A stretch of 64,000 nucleotides of DNA from Candidatus Latescibacterota bacterium (GTDB lineage: Bacteria > Latescibacterota > UBA2968 > GCA-2709665): contig OZ242358.1 in assembly GCA_965208835.1 (NCBI GenBank), positions 1,952,001 to 2,016,000 on the forward strand. The letters are read 5' to 3'. The notes beneath the pieces are model-generated. The model had not been told where the DNA came from. It ran no database searches and worked only from the letters and a program-made list of their open reading frames with translations. The stretch's first letter is position 1; every line of letters begins with the position of its first letter. Shown in pieces: positions 8,467 to 19,345 of the stretch. The position numbers and the translations under genes were made by a program.

Positions 8467-9823
8467 ACGCCGGTCGGACATCAACGCGGCGCCTGCCGTG
8501 GACCAGCCCGGGTCCGGCACGGCGCGCCGGGTCTTTATCGAAACTTACGGCTGTCAGATGAACGTGTCCGATACGGAACTCATGATGGGCGTACTGAAGA
8601 AGGCGGGATTCCGCAGGGCACTTGCCCTTGAAGAAGCGGACGTCGTGCTGTTGAATACCTGCGCCATTCGAGAGCGTGCGGAGGAGCGGGTGGTGGGTCG
8701 TCTTTCGCAGCTCAGCCGGGTGAAACGGGCGCGACCGGATCTCGTTCTCGGCGTGAGCGGATGCATGGCCAAGCACCTTGCAGAGCAACTTCTGGATAGA
8801 CTTCCGTACGTGGACCTCGTCGTCGGACCCGATTCCTATCGCCGCCTGCCCGAGCTGATCGGGGAAGCTGCCGGAAATCCCGCACTGGACGTGCGGCTGG
8901 ACCGGGGAGAGGACTATCTGGAACTCGATCCCGTTCGCCAGGAGGGTACCAACGCCTGGATCACGATCATGCGGGGATGCGACAAGTTCTGCACGTTCTG
9001 CATCGTGCCCTATGTTCGCGGTCGCGAGCGGAGCGTGCCCGCAGGCGACCTGCTGCGACAGGTGCGGTTGGCTGCATCGGAAGGATTCCAGGAAGTAACC
9101 CTGCTCGGTCAGACCGTAAACTCCTATCATGACGGCGAAACCGATTTTGCCGACCTTCTGAAGATGGTTGCCAGCGTGGAGGGTATACGCAGGATTCGCT
9201 TTACGTCGCCGCATCCAAGCGATTTTTCGGACAAACTGATCGGTACCATCGCGGAAGAAAGCAAGATCTGCCGATTCATCCACCTGCCGGTCCAGTCCGG
9301 TTCCGACAGGGTCCTTGAGGCTATGAAGCGGACCTATTCCTCCGGCCGGTACGTCGACCTGGTCGACCGCCTGCGCTCAGCCCTGCCGGGGCTCTGTTTG
9401 TCCACGGATGTCATCGTCGGATTCCCCGGCGAGGACGATTCGGACTTCGAGTCGACCATGGCGCTGATGAGACACGTTCGGTACGATTCGGCCTTTATGT
9501 TCAAATATTCGCCTCGGAAGGGTACGGTGGCCTACCGGGAGATTCCCGATACGGTGCCGGAGACCGAGAAATCGCGGCGGCTCCAGGCCGTAATCGCCCA
9601 GCAGACGGGAATCTCCGGCGAGATCAACCGTCGTTATGTCGGACGCCTGCAGGAGGTGCTCGTCGAGGGCGACGCGCGGCGCGGCAAGGGACAGGCAGTA
9701 GGAAAGTCGGACGGATTCAAGACGGTCGTGTTCCCAAGGGACGGTATCCGGACCAATACATTTGTGGATGTCAGAATCACCGACGCGACGTCTCACACGC
9801 TGATCGGTCGGCCCGAATACTAA
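8447..9823 (+). CDS. miaB: tRNA-2-methylthio-N6-dimethylallyladenosine synthase
   Basis: ETYGCQMN, NTCAIRE.AE, GCDKFCTFCIVPYVRG, RFTSPHP, HLPVQSGS, DVIVGFPGE, C-terminal TRAM domain. Confidence 0.95.
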   Translation: MQLLDIERRSDINAAPAVDQPGSGTARRVFIETYGCQMNVSDTELMMGVLKKAGFRRALALEEADVVLLNTCAIRERAEERVVGRLSQLSRVKRARPDLVLGVSGCMAKHLAEQLLDRLPYVDLVVGPDSYRRLPELIGEAAGNPALDVRLDRGEDYLELDPVRQEGTNAWITIMRGCDKFCTFCIVPYVRGRERSVPAGDLLRQVRLAASEGFQEVTLLGQTVNSYHDGETDFADLLKMVASVEGIRRIRFTSPHPSDFSDKLIGTIAEESKICRFIHLPVQSGSDRVLEAMKRTYSSGRYVDLVDRLRSALPGLCLSTDVIVGFPGEDDSDFESTMALMRHVRYDSAFMFKYSPRKGTVAYREIPDTVPETEKSRRLQAVIAQQTGISGEINRRYVGRLQEVLVEGDARRGKGQAVGKSDGFKTVVFPRDGIRTNTFVDVRITDATSHTLIGRPEY

Positions 9824-9869
9824 GAAGCGGAGCGCGACCCGGTAAGCGACGACCTGCCGGCACGCCACT

Positions 9870-10757
9870 ATGTTTCTGCAAATCGAAAACCAGAACCCGC
9901 GAAGAAACCGCCGTTTGCCGGACTGGTTCCGTGTGCCTGCGCCCGGCAACGCAGGATACCGGGAATTAAAGCGCCTCATGCGTGAACTGGGCCTTCACAC
10001 CGTTTGCGAGAGCGCGAAGTGTCCGAATATTGGTGAATGCTGGGGCGCGGGTACGGCTACGTTCATGATACTGGGAGACATCTGTACTCGCAGTTGCGGG
10101 TTTTGTGCGGTAAAAACCGGACGGCCGCAAGGTCTCGACACAGATGAACCCGGCAGGGTTGCCGAGGCCGTTGTGCAGTTGGGTTTGAGACACGCCGTTG
10201 TGACTTCGGTTAACCGTGACGAATTGCCGGACGGAGGCGCGTCGATATTCGCGGCGACCATCCGGGAAATCCGCCGGCTGCGCCCCGAGACGCGGGTGGA
10301 GGTACTGATTCCGGATTTTCAGGGAAACTGGCCGGCGCTCGATACCGTGATGTCGGCCGGCCCCGACATTCTGAATCACAACGTGGAGACGCCTCCCAGG
10401 CTCTATCGCCTGATGCGTCCCCAGGCGAACTACGCCCAATCCCTCGAATTGCTGCGCCGCGCCGGAATCACCAATCCAGGTATCCCGACGAAATCCGGCA
10501 TCATGGTCGGCGCGGGCGAAACCGTGGAAGAGGTGTATCAGACCATCGACGACATTGCCGAACAGGGGACGGCAATTCTCACGGTGGGTCAATATCTGCA
10601 ACCTTCTCCGGCGCACGTTTCCATTTCCAGATTCTACCGACCGGAAGAATTCGAGAACATCCGGCTTTTTGCGGAGATGCGAGGATTCCGGCACGTGGAA
10701 TCGGGTCCGCTTGTACGGAGTTCATACCACGCCGCAAGCCAGGTCGTTGCAGGATGA
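9870..10757 (+). CDS. lipA: Lipoyl synthase
   Basis: [43 protein letters not shown]. Confidence 0.97.
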   Translation: MFLQIENQNPRRNRRLPDWFRVPAPGNAGYRELKRLMRELGLHTVCESAKCPNIGECWGAGTATFMILGDICTRSCGFCAVKTGRPQGLDTDEPGRVAEAVVQLGLRHAVVTSVNRDELPDGGASIFAATIREIRRLRPETRVEVLIPDFQGNWPALDTVMSAGPDILNHNVETPPRLYRLMRPQANYAQSLELLRRAGITNPGIPTKSGIMVGAGETVEEVYQTIDDIAEQGTAILTVGQYLQPSPAHVSISRFYRPEEFENIRLFAEMRGFRHVESGPLVRSSYHAASQVVAG

Positions 10758-10848
10758 GCCCGTGTTCAAATTGAATCGATGGCGTCCGAAGGGCCGGGGC
10801 AGTGCCGCTCAGACCGGCCGGGAACGCGACGGACGAAACCCGAGATTT

Positions 10849-11154
10849 ATGCGGGTGGCTTCGATGAATGAAGTCCCGCCCGGAACCGGCAAACTCGTCA
10901 TGATGATGGGCCGCGAGATCGGGCTGTTCAACGTGGGCGGCAGAATCGAGGCGATTGACAATACCTGTCCACACAACCAGCGACCCATCGGGACCGACGG
11001 GATCACAGGCGGCACGGTGACCTGTTTCTGGCACAACCTGACGTTCGATCTTGAATCGGGCGCCTGTACCGAGGCGCCTCATTTCAGAATCACGAAATAC
11101 CCCGTGCGCGTCCGGAAGCAGGAGATCTACGTGTCTCCCGACGCGAAGATCTGA
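10849..11154 (+). CDS. Rieske [2Fe-2S] ferredoxin
   Basis: CPH...CFWH Rieske motif and FDLESG. The start may be the GTG at 10762. Confidence 0.85.
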   Translation: MRVASMNEVPPGTGKLVMMMGREIGLFNVGGRIEAIDNTCPHNQRPIGTDGITGGTVTCFWHNLTFDLESGACTEAPHFRITKYPVRVRKQEIYVSPDAKI

Positions 11155-11261
11155 GGGATCGCCGGGTGCTTTGGAGTTGACTTGAATATTGGAGTTCGAT
11201 AAATTGCCTGTTTGGGCCCGGGAAGGTTAGCCCTTCGCCCGAGGGATACTCCGGGCGGCGG

Positions 11262-11430
11262 CTAGTGTTCTGTCCCGGAAATAAGTTGCCTGAATTCGAC
11301 CGCAGAGTCGCCTGGCTCGCAAGGCGCCCGAACGCAGGCGACCTGCGTAAGGTCGGCGAGCGAGGGGAACGTAGCGAGACAGGATGAATCGGCGGTCGAA
11401 TGGTGAGGAATTTTTGGGACAGGACACTAG
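11262..11430. mobile_element. MITE-like repeat family C, copy 1
   Basis: CTAG-TGTTCTGTCCCGGAAA ... TTTTTGGGACAGGACA-CTAG. Near-identical to 49225-49393. Confidence 0.85.
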
Positions 11431-11457
11431 GTCCCATCAATCTCGGAGACGCGGGAA

Positions 11458-12834
11458 ATGAGAAATAAGGATCGGCTTTGGATAGGCGTCCTGCTGTTTG
11501 CGGGCATTTTGCTCCTGGGCGTAGAGGGGCGCGGTGCCGAGGCGGAGCCGCTGGATCTGCCGTTTATAGGCGAAGGAGATCTGGCGTTCTTCACCGACAC
11601 CGCGGGATTCCAGGCGTCCGTGGGGTTCACCCGACAGGAAATCTACGTCCTGCTGGACGCGAGTCAGTTGAAATTCAGGCGAAAGAGAAAACGATATGAA
11701 GCAGAAATGGAACTATCCGTCTCGCTGACCGATTCCGGGGGCGTCGTCGTCAACCAGGAGACCTGGAAGCGGAAGGTCTGGGTTGAAAATGCCGACGACG
11801 TCGAAGGCGCGGGACTGCCGTTTCGCGATATGATCGGATTCGATCTGAAGCCGGGCGCCTATAGAATGACCCTTGCAATTCGAGATCTTAAAGAGAAAAA
11901 GAACGGCGTGGCGACAGGAGACCTGCAGGTCCGCGATTTCGAGGAGCAGACATTGAAATCCAGCGATCTCCTGTTCGCATCGGGACTGTCCAGAACAGGC
12001 GCCGAAGGCAGGTTTTCGAGATACGGATGGCTGGTGACTCCCAACGTCACCCGGACCTATCCCGCTGGCGGGGATATCGAAGTCTATTTCGAGATCTATC
12101 ACCTCTCAGCCCCTGTCGAGGGTGCTGACAATACGTTTCTGCTGGGTTACAGCCTGCTGGATACCGCCGGCACGGTGGTGGCGAAGTTTGCCGACCAGCG
12201 ACTGATGAAGCCGGGTGCCAGCGCAGTAAAGACGGAGATCTTCAATACCGGAGACCTGGCTCCGGACCGGTACTTTTTCCAGGTCGAGGCGCTGGATCGG
12301 AGCAATCGCGCCGTCCACAGGATGAGACGGATGATTTCCCTGGCGCGGCAGCAGGAAGTCGTGGAATTGACACAGGAGGAAAAGGAAAATGTCCGGTATT
12401 ACAGGGATATCCGATATATCGCCAGGGGTTCGCAGTGGAAGGAATACAGGAAACTGAAGAATCGACGGGACCAGATGACGTTCCTGAAGGCGTTCTGGAA
12501 GGAACTGGATCCAACGCCTGCGACCGACGAAAACGAGCGCCTGATCCAGCACATCTTTCGAATGCGCTATGCGGAGAACAACTACGCGGCCGGCCGGGGC
12601 AAGCGCGGGTCGGATACGGATAAGGGTCGAATTTACATCAAGTTTGGCGAGCCGAGCGATATCCAGTACAACCTGGCGGCGTCCAACGAAAAGCCGTTTG
12701 AGGTCTGGACTTACGAAGAACAGCGCGGTGTCAGATTCATATTCATGGATCGCCGTGGCGCCGGTGTCTTCGAGCTTGTACACTCCACACATCCGACGGA
12801 AACGTATAATCCGAATTGGCGGCTGATGGAGTAG
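11458..12834 (+). CDS. GWxTD domain-containing exported protein
   Basis: Signal peptide; FWKELDPTP.T.ENE, R..YA, GSDTDKGRIYIKFGEP, EVWTY. Confidence 0.85.
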   Translation: MRNKDRLWIGVLLFAGILLLGVEGRGAEAEPLDLPFIGEGDLAFFTDTAGFQASVGFTRQEIYVLLDASQLKFRRKRKRYEAEMELSVSLTDSGGVVVNQETWKRKVWVENADDVEGAGLPFRDMIGFDLKPGAYRMTLAIRDLKEKKNGVATGDLQVRDFEEQTLKSSDLLFASGLSRTGAEGRFSRYGWLVTPNVTRTYPAGGDIEVYFEIYHLSAPVEGADNTFLLGYSLLDTAGTVVAKFADQRLMKPGASAVKTEIFNTGDLAPDRYFFQVEALDRSNRAVHRMRRMISLARQQEVVELTQEEKENVRYYRDIRYIARGSQWKEYRKLKNRRDQMTFLKAFWKELDPTPATDENERLIQHIFRMRYAENNYAAGRGKRGSDTDKGRIYIKFGEPSDIQYNLAASNEKPFEVWTYEEQRGVRFIFMDRRGAGVFELVHSTHPTETYNPNWRLME

Positions 12835-12928
12835 CGCCCGGCATGCGGCCGGGAACCTCGGGGTCGGCGCGGTCCCGGGTTCGCGGGATTTACTGACTCC
12901 GGGCGCGGAACCATCCAGGGGAATCGCA

Positions 12929-15900
12929 GTGGATCCAAGATTTCTCCAGGAAGACGGCATTGGGATCTTCACCGGCAATGAACTCATTGTCAAGGGCGGT
13001 CTGGAGCACCGCATGGGTATGCTTACCGGTTACCCCGGTTCTCCGGTCGCAGAGGTCTTCGATGCCGCGGAGCGCATCCGGGAACTGCTGGTGGAGCAGG
13101 GCGTGGTGGTGCAGATCGCCAACAACGAAGCACTCAGCGCCGCGCGGCTGAACGGTTCCCAGATGACGCCCGTGCGCGCAATGGCGGTGATGAAGAGCGT
13201 GGGGGCCCACGTTGCTTCCGACGGGCTCGCGCTCGGCAATATGGCGGGGACGGCGCCTGGTGGCGCGGCGGTGGCTGTGTTCGGCGACGATACGTGGTCG
13301 GAAGGCACACAGGTTCCCGCCGATTCGCGGTTTATTGCAAAACATCTGTATATGCCCATTCTGGAGCCGAGTACTTTCCAGGAGGTCAAGGACTGGATCG
13401 GTGTCGCGTTCGATCTATCGGAAAAGACCCGCCTCTATGTGGCCTATCTCATTACCTCCAACCAGGCGGACGGCGGGGGCACCGTTACCGTGGCGCCGAA
13501 TCGTTTTCCCGACCTCACGCCGCACGCGCCCGTAACGATCGACAGCGGGTCGATCCCTCTCGACGACAGGGTGATCATACCCCCAAGCACCGCCATCAAG
13601 GAGGAAGACGTACTCCACAGACGGATGCCGGAATTGCTGGGGTACGCCCGCGAGTACAACCTCAACCGTATTCTGTATGGGCCTGCTTCGGGGAAGAGAC
13701 GCATCGGCTTCATCAGTTCCAGCCTCGCCTATTGCTATCTGGAGCATGTGATGAACATGCTGGGGCTCGAAGGCAGCATACCCATTCTGAAATACGGCCT
13801 GACGTATCCGATCGACCCGGAACCCCTGAGTACCTTCGTGGGATTCGTCGACGATATATACGTGGTGGAAGAAAAGCGGGGGTTCCTGGAGGGGCAAGTT
13901 GCGGCCGCGCTTCAGGGATTGCATCAGGATGGAGAAATCGGGCCGTTCCGTATCTGGGGCAAGCGTTTTCCTAACGGTCAACCGGGCTTTCCGGACAGCA
14001 AGGGAATGAACCCGTCCATCCTGCTCAAGGCGCTCGCCCCCGTCTTGCTGGATCTGGACGATCCCGAGATACCCGTCGACCGCGAGCGGATCCTGTCGGA
14101 GGTCGACCTCGTCGATGAGACGGCCGGCTACCAGGTGCAGGCGGCCGTACGTACCCCCTCCTTCTGTCCGGGTTGCCCGCATCGGGATTCCGCAAGCGTG
14201 CTCAATCGCGTCATCGACGACTTCAGCAGTGCGGAGTATATGCAGAAACACCATCAAAGAGATACGGCCGACCTGGTTTTTCACGGTGATATCGGTTGTT
14301 ATTCCCTGTTGAAATACAAGCCCTTCGACCGGCTGATGCACAACTTGTCCGGGATGGGGCTGGGCGGCGGCACGGGAGCCGGGATCGATCCCTATATTGA
14401 CAACAAGCAGCTTGTCTTCATGGGAGATTCGACATTTTTCCACAGCGGAATGGCGGCGATATCCGATTCGATAAAGCACGGGCAGGACATCACCTACGTC
14501 ATTCTGGACAATAAGACAACGGCAATGACCGGCCACCAGCCCACGCCCGGCGTTGACGTGGATATTCTGGGCAAGCCAACGTTCGCCCAGGATATCGAGC
14601 ATGTTGTGCGGGGCATGGCGGGCGACGGAGACAGCGTCTTTATCGCGAGGATGAATCCGGCGGAACGAGCGCCTTACCGGCAGACACTGGAACGCGCGCT
14701 GCTGAAGGATGGTGTCAAGATCGTTATTGCCGACAAGGAATGCGGGATCACGTTCCACCGCAGGCAGCGCGCGATGCAGAACGAGATCGTTCAGGATACA
14801 GGATACCTTCCGGAGGAACGTCACATCAACATTACGCCGGAGGTCTGCGAATATTGCCTTGAATGCACGCGGGCGACCGGATGCAGCGGATTGACGGTGG
14901 AGGAGACGTTGCATGGTCCCAAAATTGCCACCGATCTCTCCCTGTGTGTGTCGGACGGCGCCTGCACGAGGGTGACCGTTTCGAATGGCGATGGCACCTG
15001 CCCGTCGTTCGAGGAGGTAATCATTACACGCAGCCGCCCGGCGGAAAGACAGACGGAAGCCATCGACCTGTCGGATTTGCCGCCGCCCGATGTGAAAACC
15101 TTCGACGCCACCTGGTACGCGTACATTGCCGGGGTGGGCGGCATGGGCATCAATACGATCGCGGCGATTCTCTCCGTGGCAGGCGCACGGCAGGGCTATG
15201 CCGTTCGATTCACGAACAAAAAGGGGCTGGCCATCCGAAACGGGGCCGTATACTCCCACGTGAGTTTTACGAAGGGTGACCGCGTCATTTCACAGATCAC
15301 CCCGTACGGCCATGCCGATCTGCTTCTTGGCCTGGATATCCTGGAGGCGGTGCGCGGTCTGGAATCGATGGGTAACGGGCGCGTCGCCAGCCCGAGACAT
15401 ACGTCCGCGGTGGTGGAGACGGGGAAGCGGCACACGGTACTTACGCTTACCGGACAGGACGAATTCGATACGGCTGAAATGGAGGGGGTGCTCAAACGCC
15501 ATACGAAGCCCGAGGGTTATTTCGGGATGGACCTGGGGGAGATCTCCGAGCGTTTCCTGGGCAACAAGATCTATGCGAACAGCATCCTTCTCGGGGTGGC
15601 CTATCAGCGGGGCGTGTTGCCGCTGGATCTGGAAAACATCACGTGGTCGATGCGGCGCAACATCAAACGCAGCGATCTCGATCCCAATTTGAAAGCCTTC
15701 GATCTCGGCCGCAAGATCGCCATCGAACCGGAAGTCGTCGCGCAGGAGAAACCTTCGCTTTCTTGCAGCGAACTGATCGAAGACAAGGCCGGGATTCTGG
15801 AACGCGGAAAGGGCGGGAAAGCGAGGTCCGCGTACCTGGAACTGACGGCCGGCGTGGCGTTGTTGGGCCTTGCTGAAGAGGATCGTCTGCAGTTCGCCCT

Positions 15901-16534
15901 GGGTGTGTACGATCTGATGCAGTGGGACGGCGCGGAGTACGCCGGAAGTTACGTACGGCGGGTGCGCAAGGTGTACGAAAAGGATCGGCCGGAGGAGGAG
16001 TACGAAGCCACCCGTGCGGTTATCAGATACCTGCCACGCGTGATGGCCTACAAGGACGAAGTGTACGTCGCACATCTGCTGACAAGCGAAGAGAAATACC
16101 TGCGCGATCGCGAGCGTTATAATGTGTGCGCCGAGCGCGGTGACCGGATTTCGTATCGCCACTTCAACCGGGGTAATTTCAATATCCTCGGGTTCAACGT
16201 CTATCTCAAGCTGACCACCCGGGACTGGATGCTGAAACTGATGAAGCGTATGAAATTCCTGCGCAAGCTGATGCCGTCGTGGCATAAGGAGGAAAAGGCT
16301 TACCGCGACTGGTATATCGATTTTGTCGATCGGTTCGAATTCGATCACCAGGAGAGGTACGGAGACTACGTGCGGTTGTTCCGGATGCCTGACGAGGTGC
16401 GCGGGTATCGTGAGGTTATCCGTCCCAAGATCGACGCCGCGTATCAGGCTGCGGCGGCGATGATGGACGGCAACGGACACCCCTCGTCTACCGAACCCTA
16501 TCTTTCAATCGAGCCCGTTGTCGAACAGGTCTGA
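12929..16534 (+). CDS. Fused indolepyruvate ferredoxin oxidoreductase family protein (alpha+beta)
   Basis: TGYPGSP, RTPSFCPGCPH, GDIGCY, GDSTFFHSG, NKTTAMTGHQP (TPP binding), CEYCLEC, AGVGGMG, AYKDEVYVA. Confidence 0.88.
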   Translation: MDPRFLQEDGIGIFTGNELIVKGGLEHRMGMLTGYPGSPVAEVFDAAERIRELLVEQGVVVQIANNEALSAARLNGSQMTPVRAMAVMKSVGAHVASDGLALGNMAGTAPGGAAVAVFGDDTWSEGTQVPADSRFIAKHLYMPILEPSTFQEVKDWIGVAFDLSEKTRLYVAYLITSNQADGGGTVTVAPNRFPDLTPHAPVTIDSGSIPLDDRVIIPPSTAIKEEDVLHRRMPELLGYAREYNLNRILYGPASGKRRIGFISSSLAYCYLEHVMNMLGLEGSIPILKYGLTYPIDPEPLSTFVGFVDDIYVVEEKRGFLEGQVAAALQGLHQDGEIGPFRIWGKRFPNGQPGFPDSKGMNPSILLKALAPVLLDLDDPEIPVDRERILSEVDLVDETAGYQVQAAVRTPSFCPGCPHRDSASVLNRVIDDFSSAEYMQKHHQRDTADLVFHGDIGCYSLLKYKPFDRLMHNLSGMGLGGGTGAGIDPYIDNKQLVFMGDSTFFHSGMAAISDSIKHGQDITYVILDNKTTAMTGHQPTPGVDVDILGKPTFAQDIEHVVRGMAGDGDSVFIARMNPAERAPYRQTLERALLKDGVKIVIADKECGITFHRRQRAMQNEIVQDTGYLPEERHINITPEVCEYCLECTRATGCSGLTVEETLHGPKIATDLSLCVSDGACTRVTVSNGDGTCPSFEEVIITRSRPAERQTEAIDLSDLPPPDVKTFDATWYAYIAGVGGMGINTIAAILSVAGARQGYAVRFTNKKGLAIRNGAVYSHVSFTKGDRVISQITPYGHADLLLGLDILEAVRGLESMGNGRVASPRHTSAVVETGKRHTVLTLTGQDEFDTAEMEGVLKRHTKPEGYFGMDLGEISERFLGNKIYANSILLGVAYQRGVLPLDLENITWSMRRNIKRSDLDPNLKAFDLGRKIAIEPEVVAQEKPSLSCSELIEDKAGILERGKGGKARSAYLELTAGVALLGLAEEDRLQFALGVYDLMQWDGAEYAGSYVRRVRKVYEKDRPEEEYEATRAVIRYLPRVMAYKDEVYVAHLLTSEEKYLRDRERYNVCAERGDRISYRHFNRGNFNILGFNVYLKLTTRDWMLKLMKRMKFLRKLMPSWHKEEKAYRDWYIDFVDRFEFDHQERYGDYVRLFRMPDEVRGYREVIRPKIDAAYQAAAAMMDGNGHPSSTEPYLSIEPVVEQV

Positions 16535-16540
16535 TTCTAA

Positions 16541-16599
16541 GAAGCTGTTTTAAAATTACCGTTGAGTTCCCGAGCGCGAGCGAAAAAGTGGCGGTCAAG
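16541..16599. repeat. Partial family B element (one end), inverted
   Basis: GAAGCTGTTTTAAAATTACCG...GTGGCGGTCAAG matches the reverse complement of the right end of copy 1. Confidence 0.8.
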
Positions 16600-16639
16600 A
16601 GGAACGAGGGGCGCGCGGCGGTCTCACGGCGTCTGTCAG

Positions 16640-16693
16640 TGTTCTGTCCGGGAAACCGGTTGCCGAATGGTTGGAAATTTTCGGGACGGGACA
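16640..16693. repeat. Internally deleted family C element
   Basis: TGTTCTGTCCGGGAAA ... TTTTCGGGACGGGACA; both termini within 54 bp. Confidence 0.65.
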
Positions 16694-16706
16694 CCGGGAA
16701 GGGGAT

Positions 16707-17756
16707 ATGTTAAAGGTCGGGGTTGCCGGATTGAGGCGTGGACGAGGCCTTGCGAAAACGTTCAATAACCATCCGGAAACGCACCTTGCGGCCATCTGCG
16801 ATCCGGTAGCCGAATGGCGGGAGCAGGCGGCCGAGACTTTTGGCGTCGAACAGGCGTATGCGGAATTTGACGCGTTTCTGTCCGCTGACCTGGATGTGGT
16901 TGTCGTGGCGACACCGGCGCCCCTGCACGCGGCTCAATCCATTCTGGCGATGGAAGCCGGCGCACATGTCCTGAGCGAGGTTCCGGCCGCCTGGTCGCTG
17001 GAGGAATGCGAGGCCCTGGCCGAGGCCGTTCGTCGCACCGGACAGCTCTACATGATGGCAGAGAATATGAACTTCTACCATTATGTTCAGGACTGGAGCA
17101 CGAAAATCCGGTCGGGCGCGATCGGCCGCGTTTTCTATGCTGAAGCGGAGTATATACACGATTGCCGGAAACTGATGAGGGGTCGCGACGGGGAACTGAC
17201 GTGGCGGGCATCCATGCCGCCGATCTACTATTGCACGCACAGCCTGGGACCGGTGCTGGATATCCTGGACGACCGCTGCGTTACCGCGGTGGGCATGTCC
17301 ACCGGCACGCATACGGCGCCCGATATCGGTTCGATAGACATGCAGGTGGGGTTGTTTCGGACGGAAAAGGGTAGCGTCGTCAAGATTCTTTGCGGGTTTA
17401 CCGTAACCCGCGAACCCGGGATGCACTGGCAGATTTTCTACGGTACCGAGGGCACCCTGGAAAACAGACGGGCGCCGTGGGAAGACGCCAAGATTTTCCG
17501 TTCGGGCGAAGGACCGATGGAGGCGTTTCCGGCGGAAGACTCGGATCCCGATGCGCCCGCCGAGGCGTTGGCGGGCGGACACGGCACATCGGAATACTAC
17601 ATGGTCGACCGGTTCGTGCGGGCAGCGACCGGCCGCGGTCCCGTACCAATAGACGTATACCGGTCTCTGGACTTCTCCGTACCCGGCCTGTGCGCGCACC
17701 TGTCGGCCCAACAGGGCGGCGTGCCTGTTGAGGTCCCGGATTACAGGGTCGGTTGA
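16707..17756 (+). CDS. Gfo/Idh/MocA family oxidoreductase
   Basis: KVGVAGL, VVATPAPLH, HVLSEVPA, YMMAEN, YAEAEYIH, YCTHSLGP. Confidence 0.9.
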   Translation: MLKVGVAGLRRGRGLAKTFNNHPETHLAAICDPVAEWREQAAETFGVEQAYAEFDAFLSADLDVVVVATPAPLHAAQSILAMEAGAHVLSEVPAAWSLEECEALAEAVRRTGQLYMMAENMNFYHYVQDWSTKIRSGAIGRVFYAEAEYIHDCRKLMRGRDGELTWRASMPPIYYCTHSLGPVLDILDDRCVTAVGMSTGTHTAPDIGSIDMQVGLFRTEKGSVVKILCGFTVTREPGMHWQIFYGTEGTLENRRAPWEDAKIFRSGEGPMEAFPAEDSDPDAPAEALAGGHGTSEYYMVDRFVRAATGRGPVPIDVYRSLDFSVPGLCAHLSAQQGGVPVEVPDYRVG

Positions 17757-17853
17757 GGTCTGCCTGCCCCTGCTGCAGGGCGCGCGATTGATGATCCACG
17801 CATGGATTCTTGAATCGATCGAGCCGATTGCGTATATTCAGCGGACAATCGTA

Positions 17854-18015
17854 GAAGCTGTCTTAAAATTCCCAGCGGTCTTCGCACGGCTGCAAAAGCG
17901 CCGGTCGGCGTAGGTCAAACCCACCCGTATAGCCAAATATGGGCGGATTTTCCCGCCTTGACCGCCACTTTTTCGCTCGCGCTCGGGAACTCACCGGTAA
18001 TTTTAAAACAGCTTC
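17854..18015. mobile_element. MITE-like repeat family B, full copy
   Basis: GAAGCTGTCTTAAAATT ... AATTTTAAAACAGCTTC; same length as copy 1. Confidence 0.85.
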
Positions 18016-18098
18016 TTGCGGGGTTTCTGAGACGGTTCCGGCCGGCACTGATGGGCCGGCAAAACAGGATTCCGTCTTCAATCTTCAAGGAGGGTGTT

Positions 18099-19244
18099 TT
18101 GGCTGCTAATGAGTGGACGACGTTCAATGCTTCGGGAAATCTGCGCGTGGTGGTTACGAAGGAGCTTCCTGGCGACCGCTGGCTGAGTATACTGGAACAG
18201 GCGGGTTGCCGTGTTGAATACAGTACCTCCACCAGGATCCTGCAGGTCAACGAAATCAACGATGCGATAGGCGATCGGTGCGACGGCGTGATCGGACAGC
18301 TCACGGAAGATTGGGGCGAGCCGCTCTTTTCAGCGCTGAAAGCGGCAGGCGGCAAGGCTTACAGCAACTATGCGGTCGGTTTCAACAATGTGGACGTGGA
18401 TGCGGCCACACAAAATGGTATTCCCGTGGGAAACACGCCTGGCGTGTTGACTGAGACGACCGCGGAGATGGCGATTGCGCTGACGTTTTCCGCCGCGCGG
18501 CGGGTGGTGGAGGCCGATGAGTACATGCGGGGCGGGCGGTACGAAGGATGGCTGCCCACCCTGTTTCTGGGGCAGCTGCTGAACCGTAAGACCGTCGGTG
18601 TGATTGGCGCCGGGCGGATTGGCGCGACGTACGCGCGAATGATGGTCGAAGGGTTCAAGATGGACTTTATCTATTACGATCCCTATCCCAACGAACGGCT
18701 GGAGAATTACATTCGGGACTACGGCGCGTTCCTGGAGGGGCAGGGCGAAGAGCCCGTGACGGTGACCAGAGCAAACTCGGAAGCCGAGGTATTGCGCGAG
18801 GCCGACGTGGTCAGCCTGCATCCGCTTCTGGATCCGACCACCCACCACCTGATGAACGAGGAAAGCCTGAACCTGATGAAGTCTGACGCGATTCTCGTGA
18901 ATGCCAGCCGCGGGCCGGTCATCGATGAAACCGCGCTCGTGGCCCACTGCAGGAAAAACCCGGACTTCCGCGTCGGACTCGACGTCTTCGAAGACGAGCC
19001 CGAAATGAAGCCCGGCCTGAATGAACTCAACAACGTGGTTATCGTTCCCCACATTGCATCCGCGACAAGCTGGACCCGTGAAGGCATGGCGACGCTCGCC
19101 GCCAGCAACGTGGCCGGCGTTCTCAGGGGCCTTCCCGCGTGGAAGGATCAGGACGACATCCTGCCGTTCCTGGGCGACGACCCGCCCGGGGCGTGTCCGA
19201 GCATCGTGAATGCGGAGGCACTGGGACTGCCGGTGACCGGATAG
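18099..19244 (+). CDS. Hydroxypyruvate reductase / D-glycerate dehydrogenase, plant HPR1-like
   Basis: CDGVIGQLTEDWG, AVGFNNVDV, GNTPGVLTETTAE, GAGRIG, NASRGPVIDE, GLDVFEDEP, PHIASA. TTG start follows AAGGAGG. Confidence 0.9.
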   Translation: MAANEWTTFNASGNLRVVVTKELPGDRWLSILEQAGCRVEYSTSTRILQVNEINDAIGDRCDGVIGQLTEDWGEPLFSALKAAGGKAYSNYAVGFNNVDVDAATQNGIPVGNTPGVLTETTAEMAIALTFSAARRVVEADEYMRGGRYEGWLPTLFLGQLLNRKTVGVIGAGRIGATYARMMVEGFKMDFIYYDPYPNERLENYIRDYGAFLEGQGEEPVTVTRANSEAEVLREADVVSLHPLLDPTTHHLMNEESLNLMKSDAILVNASRGPVIDETALVAHCRKNPDFRVGLDVFEDEPEMKPGLNELNNVVIVPHIASATSWTREGMATLAASNVAGVLRGLPAWKDQDDILPFLGDDPPGACPSIVNAEALGLPVTG

Positions 19245-19278
19245 CCGAGCCGGTTCAAATGCGGTGCATCAGGAATAC

Positions 19279-19327
19279 AGCGGCGGGATTCCGCGCGGAC
19301 AATGCGTGAAATCCCGCCGCTCGTTTT
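19279..19327. terminator. Hairpin between convergent genes
   Basis: AGCGGCGGGATT ... AATCCCGCCGCT followed by CGTTTT. Confidence 0.6.
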
Positions 19328-19345
19328 AACGTGGCACGCCGCCGG

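Noticed and set aside
11177-11260. Possible promoter (TTGACT-N17-TAAATT) and two small hairpins before the family C element
   Set aside because: The -10 match is weak and the short GC hairpins are expected by chance.
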